A stretch of 24,000 nucleotides of DNA from Pseudofrankia inefficax (GTDB lineage Bacteria > Actinomycetota > Actinomycetes > Frankiales > Frankiaceae), in assembly GCF_000166135.1 (NCBI RefSeq), contig NC_014666.1, forward strand, positions 8,484,601 to 8,508,600, read 5' to 3'. The translations under genes and the position numbers were made by a program. The notes below the pieces were generated by a model. The model was given only the letters and a program-made list of their open reading frames with translations. It did not search any database and was not told where the DNA came from. Shown here piece after piece: positions 14,216 to 22,918 of this stretch; position 1 is the stretch's first letter; each line of letters opens with the position of its first letter.

Positions 14216-15735
14216 GCCGGGTCGCCGCCGTGAACGGCCGTTATCAGCGCGCGGCGGCCTTGGCCAAGGGGTCGGCGGAGTTGATTGCCATCGTGGACCC
14301 AGCCGGCGCGCGCGTCGATGCCGCCGTGCGGTCCGTTACTCTGCTCAGCCACGAGGACCGTTCTGGCCTGTGGGATGACCTGGTGGGCCCCGCCCGAGCA
14401 TTGCGCTGGCGCGCCCTGACTCAGCCGCAGCCGATTGCGCTGAACTCCGCCGTGCGGGACGCGGCCGAAGCCGTCATCGGCGAGGCGGGCAAGCTGACCT
14501 TCGCCGTAGGAGGTAATGATCAGCGGCTGCTCGGCCTGCTGACGCAGGCCGCTCGCGATCTCGCGGGTCAGGACCCAGCCGTCGGTGAGGTGCTGCTCGC
14601 CTCGATCGCGGAGGTCGGTGCGGACGCCTGCGTGGTGATCGCGGCGAGCAACGGGGCGGCGTCAGGCCTCGGACGCTGGCTCGGCCCGTTCGGGATCGCG
14701 GTGCATACGGTCAGCGAGATGATCCGCGGTGGAAGCTCGTTTGAGCAGGCATACGCCATCGGACCGCCGCGGTTCATCCCTCGCCCACTCCTCACGGCGC
14801 CGATGACCGACGAGGTCGCCTTCCTGATTCCCGACTGGTTTAAGGACCAGTCAGTCCCGCTCTCCCCGCTGGCGGAGCACGCCGCGGGCGCTCTCAACAT
14901 CAAAATTCGGCGGCGCCTTGTGGGCGTCAACCCCACGGATCCAGACCCACCGGCCGCGCCGGAAGTCGCCGAGGAACTGCTCCTGCCTCAGCCTGTCTGG
15001 TCGCGTACCACCGGCCCTCGACGGCAGCCCGGTCTCGACGAGGTTGAGGCTCGGAAGGTGCTGCTCAGCGGCGGATATTCGATCATGTTAGACGACGGCG
15101 ACCGGATCCGGGCCGTCGACCCGGAGAAGCCCGGCGGCGAGCGGGTCGTCATGGTGGACGTCAACGCCGTCAAGGAGGGCACCTACCTCCTGCTCCGGGC
15201 CGGTCTCACCGAGCGCCAGACTCTGTACGACGCGGCCCTCGGGCTCATGGGCAGCCGGGCTTCCTCGGCGCGTACCTCCCAGGCGAGGTGGAAGGGTGCG
15301 CTGCAGGCGAGGCTCGACCAGCACGGCGTGGCGGCCGTCGAGCGTGACCTCGCGGCCATCGGCGTCAGCGCGCGGTCGCGGGTACGAGCCTGGCCCGACC
15401 CGCTGCTCATCCGGCCCATGTATGACCACGATTTCGAGCTGCTCCTGCAATGGCTCCGCCTGCCCGTGCACCCGACATTCGACCTCGCGACGGACCTGAG
15501 CCGGCGGCGCGCACAGGCTAGCGCCGACGTTGGAAGCGAGCTGGAGGCAGCCGTTGGAAGAGCCGACATGGCCGTACTCCACCGCGAGGGCCACCTCCGG
15601 CTCGACGCCGCCGCACACGGCTTCCGCGGCGTCGTCGCGACCCGGGTCCTGGCCGCCTCTCCCGAAGTGGAGATTGTGCACCGAAATAATGCCCGGCTGC
15701 TGACTAGGGACCGGGGGGTCCAGTGGCTCGAATGA
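14212..15735 (+). CDS. Hypothetical protein, second gene of the helicase/DUF1998 operon
   Basis: It is a 507-aa ORF that is translationally coupled at both ends (ATGA at 14212-14215 and ATGA at 15732-15735). I recognise no nucleotide-binding or nuclease motif. Confidence 0.65.
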   Translation: MSRVAAVNGRYQRAAALAKGSAELIAIVDPAGARVDAAVRSVTLLSHEDRSGLWDDLVGPARALRWRALTQPQPIALNSAVRDAAEAVIGEAGKLTFAVGGNDQRLLGLLTQAARDLAGQDPAVGEVLLASIAEVGADACVVIAASNGAASGLGRWLGPFGIAVHTVSEMIRGGSSFEQAYAIGPPRFIPRPLLTAPMTDEVAFLIPDWFKDQSVPLSPLAEHAAGALNIKIRRRLVGVNPTDPDPPAAPEVAEELLLPQPVWSRTTGPRRQPGLDEVEARKVLLSGGYSIMLDDGDRIRAVDPEKPGGERVVMVDVNAVKEGTYLLLRAGLTERQTLYDAALGLMGSRASSARTSQARWKGALQARLDQHGVAAVERDLAAIGVSARSRVRAWPDPLLIRPMYDHDFELLLQWLRLPVHPTFDLATDLSRRRAQASADVGSELEAAVGRADMAVLHREGHLRLDAAAHGFRGVVATRVLAASPEVEIVHRNNARLLTRDRGVQWLE

Positions 15736-17432
15736 TGCCGCCGTACTGTCCAGGTGAGGCACCTCCGGGCGAGCGCGAGCTCTTCATCGCGCTGGCAAGC
15801 GCCCCCGGAACCGACGGCTGGACTGCGCTCCACTCCCTAGCGATCGCCGCTCACGTGCGCCAGGTCGAGGGCGAGGCGGACTTCGTCGTGATCGTGCCGA
15901 ACCACGGTGTTCTCGTGATCGAGGTGAAGTCGCACACCACAGTCAGCCGCCTGCCGGACGGCCGCTGGAAGCTCGGGAGCCAGCCGCCGACGGGGCGCAG
16001 CCCGTTCACGCAGGCCAGCGAGGCGAAGTACAGCATCCGCGACTACCTCATCCGACAGCGGATCGACCTGCGGCCCGTCCCGCTCATCCACGCGGTCTGG
16101 TTCACCCACGCCCGCGCCCGGAGTGCCCTCCCGCCGAGCCCGGAATGGCATGATTGGCAGCTGCTCGACTCCGAGGACCTAACCGCGGATGCCGCGAAAG
16201 CCGTTCTCCGTACCCTCCAAGCGGGCAGCAATCATCTCCGCACCAAGATCAAGGGATTCGCGCCGGGCCTCGTCGGGCCAAACGACGCGACCAGCGCGGC
16301 GATCGCGTCGTCATTGCGCAGAAAGTTCGAGCTGGCGATCGTCCCTGGGAACCTCCGCCGTGCCCGACAAACACAGCTGACAGCGTTCATCGACGAGCAG
16401 TACGACGCCCTCGACAACATGCAGCAGAACCGCGCCGTTCTGTTCACCGGGCCGGCCGGTACCGGCAAGACCTGGCTTGCGATGGAAGCCGCGCGCCGGG
16501 AGGCCGCGCTCGGCCGCACCGGCAGACTCCTCTGTTTCAACCGGCTCCTCGGCCGCCGGCTGAGCCTGGACATGGCTGGCGTCAGCGGGCTGCGGACCTC
16601 AACCTTCCACCAGGAGATACTGCGCCTCACCGGCAAGCAGGCGCCCCGTGATGCCAGCGCGGGGTTCTGGGACCGAGAGCTGCCCGACCACGCGGTTGAC
16701 ATGCTTCTTGAGCGGGGCGAGACCGAGGCCGCCGATTTCCTGATCGTCGACGAGGTGCAGGACCTAGCGCGGGAGCCGTTCCTTGACATCCTGGACCTGC
16801 TGGTCAAGGGCGGCTTGCGCGACGGGCGCGTCCTTCTGTTCGGCGACTTCGAGCGGCAGGCCATTTATGACGGCGCCGACGGGCAGGAGCGCCTGCGCCG
16901 CCAGATACCGCACCTCGCGACCTACGATCTGACCTTCAACTGCCGAAACCTGCGACGCATAGGCACCGTGGTGAAGCTGCTCAGTCACCTGACGCCGGGC
17001 TACCGCCACTACCGCCGCCCTGACGACGGCGTCGATCCCAGCTTCCTCAAATACCTGCGCGGCTCCGACCAGTCCGCAGCGCTCGCCGACGCGATCCGAG
17101 TCCTGCGGGACGACGACTGCGACCTCGACGAAATCGTCGTCCTGAGCCCCCTGCGAGGCAGGTCCACAGCCGAGACGACCACCGACCCCTGGCTGCGGCA
17201 GATCCTCCGCCCCGCCGACGGCGTCACCGCGCCCCGCGGCCGGGTGCGGTACAGCACCATCCACGCCTTCAAGGGACTCGACGCGCCCGCAGTGATCCTG
17301 ACCGACCTCGACCGGGCAGAGGCGCCAAACTTCGAGGCGCTCCTGTACGTGGGCCTGACCCGCGCTACCGACCGCCTGGCGGTCCTCATGGAGGAGCAGA
17401 CCCTGCTCGCCGCATTCGGAGGGAACGCATGA
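15732..17432 (+). CDS. NERD domain-containing protein fused to an SF1 (UvrD/AAA_30-like) helicase/ATPase
   Basis: The N-terminus ERELFIALASAPGTDGWTALHSLAI...GEADFVVIVPNHGVLVIEVKSH follows the NERD pattern. The SF1 motifs then follow: Walker A VLFTGPAGTGKTW, Walker B DFLIVDEVQDL, LLFGDFERQ, TIHAFKGLDAPAVILTDL and LLYVGLTRATDRLAVL. The track starts at GTG 15723, but I prefer ATG 15732, which forms an ATGA overlap with the upstream stop. Confidence 0.85.
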   Translation: MMPPYCPGEAPPGERELFIALASAPGTDGWTALHSLAIAAHVRQVEGEADFVVIVPNHGVLVIEVKSHTTVSRLPDGRWKLGSQPPTGRSPFTQASEAKYSIRDYLIRQRIDLRPVPLIHAVWFTHARARSALPPSPEWHDWQLLDSEDLTADAAKAVLRTLQAGSNHLRTKIKGFAPGLVGPNDATSAAIASSLRRKFELAIVPGNLRRARQTQLTAFIDEQYDALDNMQQNRAVLFTGPAGTGKTWLAMEAARREAALGRTGRLLCFNRLLGRRLSLDMAGVSGLRTSTFHQEILRLTGKQAPRDASAGFWDRELPDHAVDMLLERGETEAADFLIVDEVQDLAREPFLDILDLLVKGGLRDGRVLLFGDFERQAIYDGADGQERLRRQIPHLATYDLTFNCRNLRRIGTVVKLLSHLTPGYRHYRRPDDGVDPSFLKYLRGSDQSAALADAIRVLRDDDCDLDEIVVLSPLRGRSTAETTTDPWLRQILRPADGVTAPRGRVRYSTIHAFKGLDAPAVILTDLDRAEAPNFEALLYVGLTRATDRLAVLMEEQTLLAAFGGNA

Positions 17433-20400
17433 GTGGGTCCACCGCCCGCGCCACCATGGAGGCGGCTGTACGGCGCGAGCTGTTCGGACCAGCAGCAGGC
17501 GAGGAACCGCGCGGCAAGCCGCTCGGCTGCTCGTCGGGCAGGGTCTCCTTCGAGTCGCCCGAGGCCAGCCGGGGGGTTTGGCACGACGAAGAAACCCGCC
17601 AGGAGATCCTCACGACCCTGGACCCGCTGAGGCGCTACGGCGTCGGCGTCCTGTACAGCGGCCCGGCCGCACACGGAACGGACATCAGCGAACAGCCTGG
17701 TCACGATGGCGCACCGGCGGACGGCGAAGACGAACTGCCGCTGCCCCAGGGACTCAGCATCAATGAGGGCGACGTCGACGCACCGCCGCTCGTCCACGAG
17801 CTGGACTTCACCGACACGACCGCCCCGATTGGCGATGAAGGCGACGACCTAGACCTCACGACGGCCAACGCCTACAAGCCGTCGGCGATGGCCATCTCTT
17901 TCCAGTGTGATGCGGCCCGCACCGGCAGCCTGGCGCTCACGGTGACCGGCGCCTACTACGACCAACTCGCCGCCGAGTGGCCCGGCCGCAAACCGCAGAC
18001 CTGGTGGGTGCGCCGGCCATTCGAGCTGGCCGGGACCATCCCAGCCGACGACCTGCTCCACAGCACGAACAAACTGGTCAAGCCCAAGATGACCCCGGGC
18101 GACAGCGTCCCGGAAGGTGGCTACCGCGTCACGCCGACCGTGCAGATCTTTAGCCGCCGTCTGCCCGGCGAAGCCGCTGCCTCCACCCTGCGGCTGGTCA
18201 CGATCGCCGCGAGCAATGGCACGGCAGGGACGGGACCTTCGGCGGCGCTTTTCCAAATGGGACTGCGGGCGACGGCTCAGGGCGCGCTGCGGATCACCCC
18301 GTATCCGGACATCACGCAGAACAGATCGGACCCCGAGGAGCAGTCGATAGCGCTCCTCTACCGCAAGCACCTGACTTACGCGATCGGTCACGGTTGTGCT
18401 GCCGGCTGGCGGATCACGGGCGAGCCGGGCGACGCCGTCTGGGCAGAGCCCATGCCTGCGCACGAAGTGGTCAGCCTGACCCCGGACGTCTACACCACGG
18501 CTCCCGACGGAAGTCTCCGACGCGTGACAGTGAGCATGATGGAACTTGCGAACGGCACCGACGCCGGCCGCGACCAGGTCGAGACGGTCCTCCGGCTCTA
18601 TGCGGAGTGGATCGGGGAGCGCGAGGCCGAGGCCGCCACGCTGCCGCAGTTCGCGGAGGCGGCAGCCCGGCACCTGACGCTTTGCCGAGAAGCGCTCAAG
18701 CGGATGCGAGCAGGCTGGCGCCTGGTAGGCACCGACCCGGTCGCAACTCGTGCCTTCCAGCTCGCCAACCTGGCGATGTACATCCAGCAGCTGCGCACTG
18801 GCTTCCCGACGCGCAAGGTCACCCGGACGAGGGACGGGATGCTGCGGGTCGAGGGAACGCACCCGGTCCCGAAGCCGGACGGGCGCAAAGGCAACTGGCG
18901 CCCGTTCCAGATCGCGTTCTTGCTCGCGGCGCTGCCTGAACTCGTCGACCGTGCCGCGCCTAGCCGCTCGATCGTAGATCTGATCTTCTTCCCGACCGGC
19001 GGAGGGAAGACGGAGGCCTACCTCGGTGCCTCGGCGGTCAGCCTGCTCGCCCGGCGAAAGCGCGACCCCCTGGATACAGGCACCGACACGGTGATGCGCT
19101 ACACGCTCCGCCTGCTCACCACCCAGCAGTTCCTCCGCGCGGCGGCACTGATGTGCGTTCTGGATGATATCCGCTCCAAGAACGAGACCGAGTTCGGCGC
19201 GGCGAAGTTCGGGATCGGTATCTGGCTCGGGGGTGACTCGACCCCCAACACCTGGCGGCAGGCCGTCGACGCCCTCCGCGACCTCGCGCGGAACGTCCAC
19301 ACGCAGAACAAGTTCCTGCTGCTGCGCTGCCCCTGGTGCGGCACCGAAATGGGGCCGAAGCCCAAGCCGAGATCGGGCCAGGACCTGCTGGGCTACCAGC
19401 AGCTCGGTCCCAGGAAGGTCATCTTCCGCTGCGTGGACGACCAATGCAGGTTCGGCGGCCAGGACGGCCTGCCGATCCACGTGATTGACGAGGACATCTA
19501 CACGGCCCGGCCGTCACTCGTCATCGGCACCGTCGACAAGTTCGCGATGATGGCCTGGCGGCCGGAGGCCCGCGCACTGTTCGGCATCGGTGAACACGGC
19601 GAGCGGGAGGTGTCCCCCCCTGGCCTGATCATCCAGGACGAGCTCCACCTCATCTCCGGGCCGCTCGGCTCGATGGTCGGCCTGTACGAACCGGTCGTCG
19701 AGGACCTCTGCACCGACAAGCGCGGCCCGAGTCCTGTCCCACCCAAGATCATCGCTTCGACGGCGACCATCCGCCGTTACGAAGACCAAATCAAGGCACT
19801 CTACGGCCGCCCGCAGGTCGCGCTGTTCCCCCCGCACGGCTTGGAGGAGGGACGGTCGTTCTTCGCCGAACGGGCGGAAGGCGAGCCAGGACGCCGCTAT
19901 CTCGGCGTCATGAGTGCCTCGCTCGGGTCCACCCAGACCGTCCAGGTCCGGGTAGCCTCAGCCACCCTGCTGGCCGCTGCGAGCCTGCCCGAGGACGACC
20001 GGGACGGCTACTGGACCAACCTGAACTTCTTCAACAGCCTCCGCGAGCTCGGCAACACCGTCTCCCTGATCCAGTCCGACATCCCCGACTTCATCACCGG
20101 GCTCAGGCGGCGAGACAACCTGGAGTCGCCCCGATGGCCTCGCATCCCAATGGAACTCACCAGCCGCCGCCGCAGCGACGACATCCCCAAAGCGATCGTG
20201 CAGCTCCAGACCAAGTACGGCGAGGCCGAGTGCGTCGACATCTGTCTGGCGTCGAACATCATCGAGGTAGGCGTCGACATCGACCGGCTAGGGCTCATGA
20301 CGATCGTGGGCCAGCCCAAGACCACGTCCCAGTACATCCAGGTCTCCGGCCGCGTCGGCCGCGACCCGGAGAAGCCCGGCCTGGTGATCACGATCTACGG

Positions 20401-20920
20401 CGCCGCCAAGCCTCGCGACCGCAGCCACTACGAGCGGTTCCGGACCTACCACGAGCGGCTCTACGCCCAAGTCGAGCCGACGTCGCTGACCCCCTTCGCC
20501 GCACCGGTACTGCGCCGGGCCCTTCATGGCGCCGCTGTCTCACACATGCGCCAGACGTGGGATGCCAGCCTTCAGCCGCACCCGTTCCCGCAAGAAGGGT
20601 ACGAGCAGGCAATCGGGCTGCTCCGGGCCCGGGCCTTGATCGCGGACGCCGACGAGATCGGAGAACTTGAGCGCATGCAGCGCGACCGTGCACATGAGTG
20701 GCTCGGCTGGGCACGCACAGAGTGGAGCGCCAATGCGATCGGCGGCGACCCGAAGCAGGGCCTGATGCGCTTCGCAGGCACGCTCCCCGAGCTGAGCGCC
20801 CAGGCTCTCATGTGGGACGTCCCGAGCAGCATGCGCAACGTGGACGCCGAGTGCCGCCTGAAAATCTCGCACTTCTACACGCGCGAGGACGTCGCCCAGA
20901 GCCGGGAGGCGGCGCAGTGA
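17429..20920 (+). CDS. DEAD/DEAH-box (DExH) SF2 helicase, DISARM DrmA-like
   Basis: It is 1163 aa. Motif I is LIFFPTGGGKTEAYLG, Ia is RYTLRLLTTQQFLR, II is LIIQDELHLISGPLGS, III is IASTATIR, V is ASNIIEVGVDIDRLG and VI is YIQVSGRVGRD. About 520 aa at the N-terminus have no motif I recognise. A 4-Cys insert lies between motifs Ia and II. There are ATGA and GTGA overlaps with both neighbours. Confidence 0.85.
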   Translation: MSGSTARATMEAAVRRELFGPAAGEEPRGKPLGCSSGRVSFESPEASRGVWHDEETRQEILTTLDPLRRYGVGVLYSGPAAHGTDISEQPGHDGAPADGEDELPLPQGLSINEGDVDAPPLVHELDFTDTTAPIGDEGDDLDLTTANAYKPSAMAISFQCDAARTGSLALTVTGAYYDQLAAEWPGRKPQTWWVRRPFELAGTIPADDLLHSTNKLVKPKMTPGDSVPEGGYRVTPTVQIFSRRLPGEAAASTLRLVTIAASNGTAGTGPSAALFQMGLRATAQGALRITPYPDITQNRSDPEEQSIALLYRKHLTYAIGHGCAAGWRITGEPGDAVWAEPMPAHEVVSLTPDVYTTAPDGSLRRVTVSMMELANGTDAGRDQVETVLRLYAEWIGEREAEAATLPQFAEAAARHLTLCREALKRMRAGWRLVGTDPVATRAFQLANLAMYIQQLRTGFPTRKVTRTRDGMLRVEGTHPVPKPDGRKGNWRPFQIAFLLAALPELVDRAAPSRSIVDLIFFPTGGGKTEAYLGASAVSLLARRKRDPLDTGTDTVMRYTLRLLTTQQFLRAAALMCVLDDIRSKNETEFGAAKFGIGIWLGGDSTPNTWRQAVDALRDLARNVHTQNKFLLLRCPWCGTEMGPKPKPRSGQDLLGYQQLGPRKVIFRCVDDQCRFGGQDGLPIHVIDEDIYTARPSLVIGTVDKFAMMAWRPEARALFGIGEHGEREVSPPGLIIQDELHLISGPLGSMVGLYEPVVEDLCTDKRGPSPVPPKIIASTATIRRYEDQIKALYGRPQVALFPPHGLEEGRSFFAERAEGEPGRRYLGVMSASLGSTQTVQVRVASATLLAAASLPEDDRDGYWTNLNFFNSLRELGNTVSLIQSDIPDFITGLRRRDNLESPRWPRIPMELTSRRRSDDIPKAIVQLQTKYGEAECVDICLASNIIEVGVDIDRLGLMTIVGQPKTTSQYIQVSGRVGRDPEKPGLVITIYGAAKPRDRSHYERFRTYHERLYAQVEPTSLTPFAAPVLRRALHGAAVSHMRQTWDASLQPHPFPQEGYEQAIGLLRARALIADADEIGELERMQRDRAHEWLGWARTEWSANAIGGDPKQGLMRFAGTLPELSAQALMWDVPSSMRNVDAECRLKISHFYTREDVAQSREAAQ

Positions 20921-22893
20921 GTTCCGGGAACATCCGCCGGGCCCAGCTGGTCTCACCGTTCGGTGTCGGCGCCCTCAGCATCCTCGTGGATGGCACGTCC
21001 GTTATCACCGCGGGCCTGGACGCCTGGTACGACGTCGAGACGAAGAATCAGTTGCGGCTCAGCGAGTACCAGGCCCAGGATTGGCGCCTGCAGGCCCGTC
21101 TCAAGGTCGGCGAGTTCCGCCTCCCGCCGGACTACCGGCCGGGCAACGAGGCGAACGCCAGGCTGACAGTCCCTGTCCTTCGGTTCCCAGGCTGGTCGTT
21201 CTGTATCTACTGCAAGCGCCTTGAGCACCACCCGCTCACGTTCGCGCAGCCGGTCTACTGTGACGATCCCAAGCACAAGCAGGACATCGGCAGGAAGAAG
21301 AAACGCGGACCCCGGATGTCACAGGTCCCATTCGTCGCGATCTGTACCCTCGGCCACCTCGACGACTTTCCCTTCCGGCAGTGGGTCCACAGGCGCCACC
21401 AGCCAAGCTGCAACGGCGTGCTCCGGCTGCAGTCCCGCGGCGGCGGTGGCCTCGACGGCCAAGTCGTCATATGCGACGAACAGGGGTTGCCGAAGGGCTG
21501 CGGGGCCGAGCGCTCCCTCGCAGGCATTCTCATCGGCGCCACAGGCAGAACCGGCGAGGAGCGGACCAACCTCACGGATCAGCTCGCTGGGAAGGACGAC
21601 CCGTTCTACTGCACCGGCGCGCGGCCCTGGCTGGGCGAGGACGGGGGTTCTTGCGACCGGCCAGTGAGAGGCGCTCTGCGTGCGGCCGGCAACATCTATT
21701 TCCCGAAAGTCGAGTCGTCGCTCTACCTCCCGCAAAAGATCGGAGCAGTCAGCGCCACTCTGCATGAACTGCTCATCCACCCGGACGTCAGCCCAGCGCT
21801 GCGGGCTCTCCACCAGGCGCTCGGCGCCAGGTTGACGGTCGAAATACTCCGCGGCGCGCTGCCCGTAGAACTGTTCAAGCCGATCACCGACGAAGAATTG
21901 ATGGCCGGCTACAGGGACCACTTCGGCATCGCCGACCCGGGAGATGCTCCCGACGGTCCTCCTCCCGGCAGCGGCACTGGCGAAGATGGCGACGACGACA
22001 GTCTGACTAGAACCGACGAATGGCGGCACGACGAGTACCGCCTGCTCCGCGAGACGCCCGACGATCCCTACCTGACGGCCAAGGACCCCGGCGTCGCTCC
22101 CGAACTCGAAGGAATCCTCAATCGGGTGCGGCGCGTCGATGTCCTCCGAGAGACCCGTGCCATGCGTGGTTTCACCCGGGTGCGTGACAGCGGCCTGAAA
22201 CTGACCGCGGGCAAGCGCATGCTCCGCCGAGGGTTCCTTGAACCCAGTCATGACTGGCTCCCAGCCTACGTGGTGAAAGGCGAAGGGATCTATCTTGAGC
22301 TCGATCGTCAGCGACTCAAAGACTGGGAGCAGCGAGAGGCCGTTCTCGCCCGCGCCGGGCAGATCACCCAGCGGTTCGGAGATGTGGCTCGGCTCCGCGG
22401 ACTCCGAGAGCGCACCATAAGCCCGCGCTTCGTCCTGCTTCACACCCTTGGCCACCTGCTCATCAACGAACTGATCTACGCCTGCGGCTACAGCTCCGCC
22501 TCGCTACGGGAACGCCTGTACGTGTCTGAGTCACCCGAGCGGAGCATGGCAGGCATCCTCATCTACACCGCCGCCGGCGACTCCGAGGGCACCATGGGCG
22601 GACTTGTCCGGATGGCCAAGCCTGGCCAGCTCTGGCCGGTCATGGCCAACGCACTAAGCGACGCCCGCTGGTGCTCCACCGATCCGGTCTGTATGGAAGC
22701 CGGCGAGGCCGGCCAGGGCCCGGACTCCTGCAACCTCGCCGCCTGCCACGGCTGCGCGCTGCTCCCCGAGACCAGTTGCGAGGAGTTCAACCGCTTCCTC
22801 GACCGCGGCCTCGTCGTCGGCACCTTCACCAACCCCGATCTGGGCTACTTCTCCGACCTCGCGTCGAACACCTTGCAGATCGCTACCGTCTGA
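20917..22893 (+). CDS. DUF1998 domain-containing protein, DISARM DrmB-like
   Basis: My preferred start is GTG 20917, overlapping the helicase TGA (VSSGNIRRAQLVSPFGVGALSILVDGTS...). The upstream 73 codons of the 731-aa track ORF lie inside the helicase gene. The C-terminal DUF1998 signature is LLHTLGHLLINELIYACGYSSASLRERLY, ILIYTAAGDSEGTMGGLV and WCSTDPVCMEAG...SCNLAACHGCALLPETSCEEFNRFLDR. Confidence 0.85.
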   Translation: MSSGNIRRAQLVSPFGVGALSILVDGTSVITAGLDAWYDVETKNQLRLSEYQAQDWRLQARLKVGEFRLPPDYRPGNEANARLTVPVLRFPGWSFCIYCKRLEHHPLTFAQPVYCDDPKHKQDIGRKKKRGPRMSQVPFVAICTLGHLDDFPFRQWVHRRHQPSCNGVLRLQSRGGGGLDGQVVICDEQGLPKGCGAERSLAGILIGATGRTGEERTNLTDQLAGKDDPFYCTGARPWLGEDGGSCDRPVRGALRAAGNIYFPKVESSLYLPQKIGAVSATLHELLIHPDVSPALRALHQALGARLTVEILRGALPVELFKPITDEELMAGYRDHFGIADPGDAPDGPPPGSGTGEDGDDDSLTRTDEWRHDEYRLLRETPDDPYLTAKDPGVAPELEGILNRVRRVDVLRETRAMRGFTRVRDSGLKLTAGKRMLRRGFLEPSHDWLPAYVVKGEGIYLELDRQRLKDWEQREAVLARAGQITQRFGDVARLRGLRERTISPRFVLLHTLGHLLINELIYACGYSSASLRERLYVSESPERSMAGILIYTAAGDSEGTMGGLVRMAKPGQLWPVMANALSDARWCSTDPVCMEAGEAGQGPDSCNLAACHGCALLPETSCEEFNRFLDRGLVVGTFTNPDLGYFSDLASNTLQIATV

Positions 22894-22918
22894 CCCAAGA
22901 ACGAAAGCCGTCACAGAC

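Noticed and set aside
17849-19480. 543-aa minus-strand ORF antisense to the DExH helicase; also the 378-aa ORF at 21319-22455 antisense to the DUF1998 gene
   Set aside because: The plus-strand frames contain ordered helicase motifs I-VI and the DUF1998 Cys cluster. The antisense frames have no motifs and show typical high-GC shadow-ORF behaviour.
20698-20916. Upstream 73 codons of the 731-aa ORF preceding the DUF1998 protein
   Set aside because: It lies fully within the 3' end of the helicase gene and is Arg-rich. GTG 20917 forms a GTGA junction and begins a plausible N-terminus (VSSGNIRRAQLVSPFGVGA...).
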